This document shows positions 61,001 to 64,000 of a stretch of 64,000 bases of DNA, piece by piece; positions within the stretch are counted from its first letter, which is position 1, and each line of letters begins with the position of its first letter. A program made the translations under genes and the position numbers. The DNA comes from Guillardia theta CCMP2712 (lineage: Eukaryota > Protista > Cryptophyta). A model generated the notes under the pieces. The model made no database searches. It saw only the letters and a list, made by a program, of their open reading frames with translations, and was not told where the DNA came from. The DNA lies in assembly GCF_000315625.1 (NCBI RefSeq), contig NW_005434630.1:434001-498000 (forward strand), read 5' to 3'.

Positions 61001-64000
61001 CTCGAGATTCCTGATTCTCACCTCTACGACCTGCTGCAGGTCTTCAGACATATGCGTCCATATCGACTTGTTCACTCAGAAGTCTCCTGGCTCAACGACT
61101 TTCTTCAAGCCACATGGATACGATATCAACACTGGTGATTTGAACTTGTTCACCTTGTTCTTGTTGTTTCTGAAGCAGCCACAGGTTCACCTCTTATCTG
61201 CAGAACCTGCTCAATGGCCTGCTGGGTTTGTTGTGGACATGACCTGAAGGACGCGTTGACTTTTGGACGCAGGTCAATTCTCGCTGCAAATCAAGACAGT
61301 CAACATCGGGTCTTCGGCTCCTCGGATCAGAAACTTGAGCGCGGTAGCTCCGTCCCCCAGCATGCTCCCCAAGTCCAAGGACCTGCTCGTGGTGACAATC
61401 GTGCGAGGAAGGAACATCTTGGGGAAGAGAAGCTTGAGGAACCTGCGGGGGATGTGCGACCCGTACGTCAAGGTGAGTCTGGATGAGTTTCGCAACGCCA
61501 GGACCAGCACCAAGAAGAACTCTGAGAACCCTGTGTGGGACGAGACGTTCAGGTTCTACATCTCTGAAGAAGAGTCGGACAAATGGAGCGTCTCCCTCGA
61601 GCTCTTCGACGACGACCCGGGGAACGACAAGCTGATAGCTGACGTGGTCCTAGAGCACGACTTTGTCAAGACGTTGCAGGAGAACAGATCGCTGCAGAAG
61701 GAGTTCAGGATGCAGAAGGACGGCACCTTGCTCGACATCTTGCTCACCGTGAGGTTCAAGCTGGTGGAAGGGAAGACCCACGTTCCTGCAGAGTCTTCCT
61801 GCCGACTGTATCAGATGAACTTCGACTGTGAATGGGACATGGACACGTCGGTTAAGCTGCGAGCTGCTGGGTTCCCTGTGATTCTGCAGCTGATATCTGC
61901 AAAGTTCTTTGCGAGGATAACGTTCGAATGGCTCGACCCACAAACCATGATGAACAGACCTCCCAAGCACAGACGCGAGGAGCAGGAGTTCTCCAAGTTT
62001 GGCTTCTTGTTCACAGTGAGTTGTGTCGATGGTGATTGTGACTCACAAGCGACTTCAGGAGTACATGCACGTTGCTGACTACCCCAACTTGTTTCGGATG
62101 TGGATCGACGTGCGGAGGAAGCCGATCTTGGAGTCAAAGGTGGAAGCGTTCGGAACCATCGACATCTGGTCGCTGCCAGGGATGAAGTACATTCAGAACA
62201 CCTACGTCACCGACCTCATCTACGACTTGTTCCCTATCAAGATTGACATCTCAGATCCCAACAAGTTCCACGACAAGTCGAAGGGAGCCGTTTCGAAAGA
62301 CTTATTTGGGTACCTGAACACCAAGGATAACGATCAGCAGAGGTTGGATGTCATCGACTGCACCTCAGCTTATCTGATCTGTCTGTCAGGTTTGCGTTCC
62401 TCAGCCTCGAGCTCATCAGGATTTCTCCTGTGAAGGATCAGTCAGAGAATTTCTTTCTCTGTGTCGTTTCTCACGGAGCTGTGGAGATTGATGACGAGAG
62501 TCCTGAAGAGAATCAGCTGCAGTCGAACGCGAGTTACTTCTGCTGCAGCTCGACGCATTCAAGCAGGAAGGGCTGGTTGCTCAGGTCCATGCTGATGAAT
62601 ATCCAAGATCCTTTCAAAGAGATGTTGAGGTTTCAAGTATATTCCTTGTCAGGATATCAGATCGCTTTCCATGGGAAACCAATATTCCAGACTAGCATGC
62701 GCGTCAGTGAGTTTCTTGACAGACATGTAGTGCATCGGAACTTCATCAGACGGCACGTCGTCGTCGAGAGTGACGGCCTCTGCCTGGAGCTGACAGCAGA
62801 AATACGCACTGATCTACAAGAGCGATCAGACCGCCAGGACATGCCCATGGCCGTGCCATGCAGCTCAGACAAGGATGATACCGACTGGCTCGTCGTCGTG
62901 CTGGAAGACCTTCAGTTTGAGGAAGAGATGGACTTTAGCACGCTAGCATGTACCTTCCTAGTTGAAAATGCTTCTGGCTCTTGCATCGCTAAGATAGAAG
63001 ACGCCCAGTGGAATGGCGCGAAGGTAGTAGTCGCTTCATATTGATTTTCAACGTAACGACACAGAACTTTTATCAGAAAAATCCCTTCTTGATATCAATA
63101 CCATCAGACATCCGGTACCTCTGATGTTCCAGAGCTGCGATGCGATTGAGTGCACTGCCAGGACTTGTATGCTCAAGATCAACTTCAGTATAGACGAGAA
63201 GTACGTCCTGCAGGTGAGTTGCAGCAGCGTGCTGGTCCTCTCCCCACCTGAACTTCACTTCCTAGTGCGTCAAGTTGCTCAACGAGTGGAAGTCGCAGGG
63301 CGAGGACCACGTCATGAACATGTCGGAGCACCTTAACGTCGCTCACAACGTCAGCAGCAGCCCAAGGGTCCGCAACAAGTCTCGATGCGTCCTCCTCGGC
63401 CACCTCCTGTGGCACAGGTGCGCGGCTCAGCTGCGAGCCTCGGCTTGACGCCTGGGCAGGAGGATCCCTGGGGAAGCGAAGCCTTCCATCCTCATTCGGA
63501 ATCTCCGCGTTCTCCACCTGCCCTGGGAACGCGGGTTCCAGCCCCCGGACGCGCAATGGTGACCAAGTGGCTGGTCGTTGGCTGCTCCTGACGTCCTCGC
63601 AGCATCGTAGGGAGTTGCGTAAGATCAGAGTGCGGAGGGAGCGGAAACGCAGACGAGGGGGAGGGGAGACAGGGAGACTATGTCAGGAGCTCGCTCAAGC
63701 GACAGGAGCTGTGCGTTGATCAAGAGGTCGCTCTGCTCGGGTGGCTGACGGGGGTACAGGAGGCCGTCGTTCTCTGAGGAGTTCCGCTTCCAGCCCGAGC
63801 TGGGGCTGCTGGGCGAAGCGAGCGGAGGAGAGGTCTGCCTGCGGATAGAGATCTTGCAGATCGATACCGCCGGAGGAGAGAGAAAGGTAGGGACGATATG
63901 CAAGCCCCTCCGCAGCCTCTACGTCGAGAGCCTGGCCAGGGAGAAACCCGCGCGATTCTTGCAGGAGATGTCAAGGGGTCTGAGGCAGGAGGTAGTGGCG
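58052..64000 (+). CDS. Extended-synaptotagmin/tricalbin-like protein: coiled coil, TM segments, C2, SMP (interrupted by a C2), further C2-like domains; runs beyond the window
   Basis: GLRDPYV...STLLPEWNE...VKDWDRFSKDDTLG (C2); EVSWLNDFLQATW, VNIGSSAPRI, FDCEWD, KPILESKVEAFGTIDIWSLPGM (SMP); MCDPYVKV...NPVWDETF...LFDDDPGNDKLI (C2). Confidence 0.8.

Overview
Eukaryotic nuclear DNA: GC-rich, compact and intron-dense, with mostly ~45-55 nt GT-AG introns and some introns padded with purine or pyrimidine microsatellites. The style suggests a cryptophyte alga of the Guillardia/Hanusia type, but that is an inference. Host genes alternate in orientation: a very large voltage-sensor + ankyrin + XK-family + FN3-like membrane protein (runs off the left edge), a hypothetical protein, a large signal-peptide TPR protein, HYPK, an ankyrin protein, an SLC38A9-like transporter, cyclin L, a BEACH/WD40 protein, a family-16 methyltransferase, a C2-RCC1-EF-hand protein and an SMP/multi-C2 tether (runs off the right edge). 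Between ~36.9 and 51.2 kb lies an intron-free island of scrambled gene fragments (Cys-rich repeats, LamG, Gly-rich, F-type lectin-like, and unknown GC3-rich ORFs). It is bracketed by a 77-bp imperfect direct repeat and contains a frameshifted NLR-like gene: a putative His/Cys peptidase effector, NACHT, pentapeptide repeats and near-identical, shuffled WD40 repeats. The best candidates for something new are (1) a voltage-sensor-coupled XK scramblase-like protein and (2) a HET-E-like diversifying NLR with a toxin-peptidase-like N-terminus. All exon boundaries and family assignments were made by eye, with no database searches.
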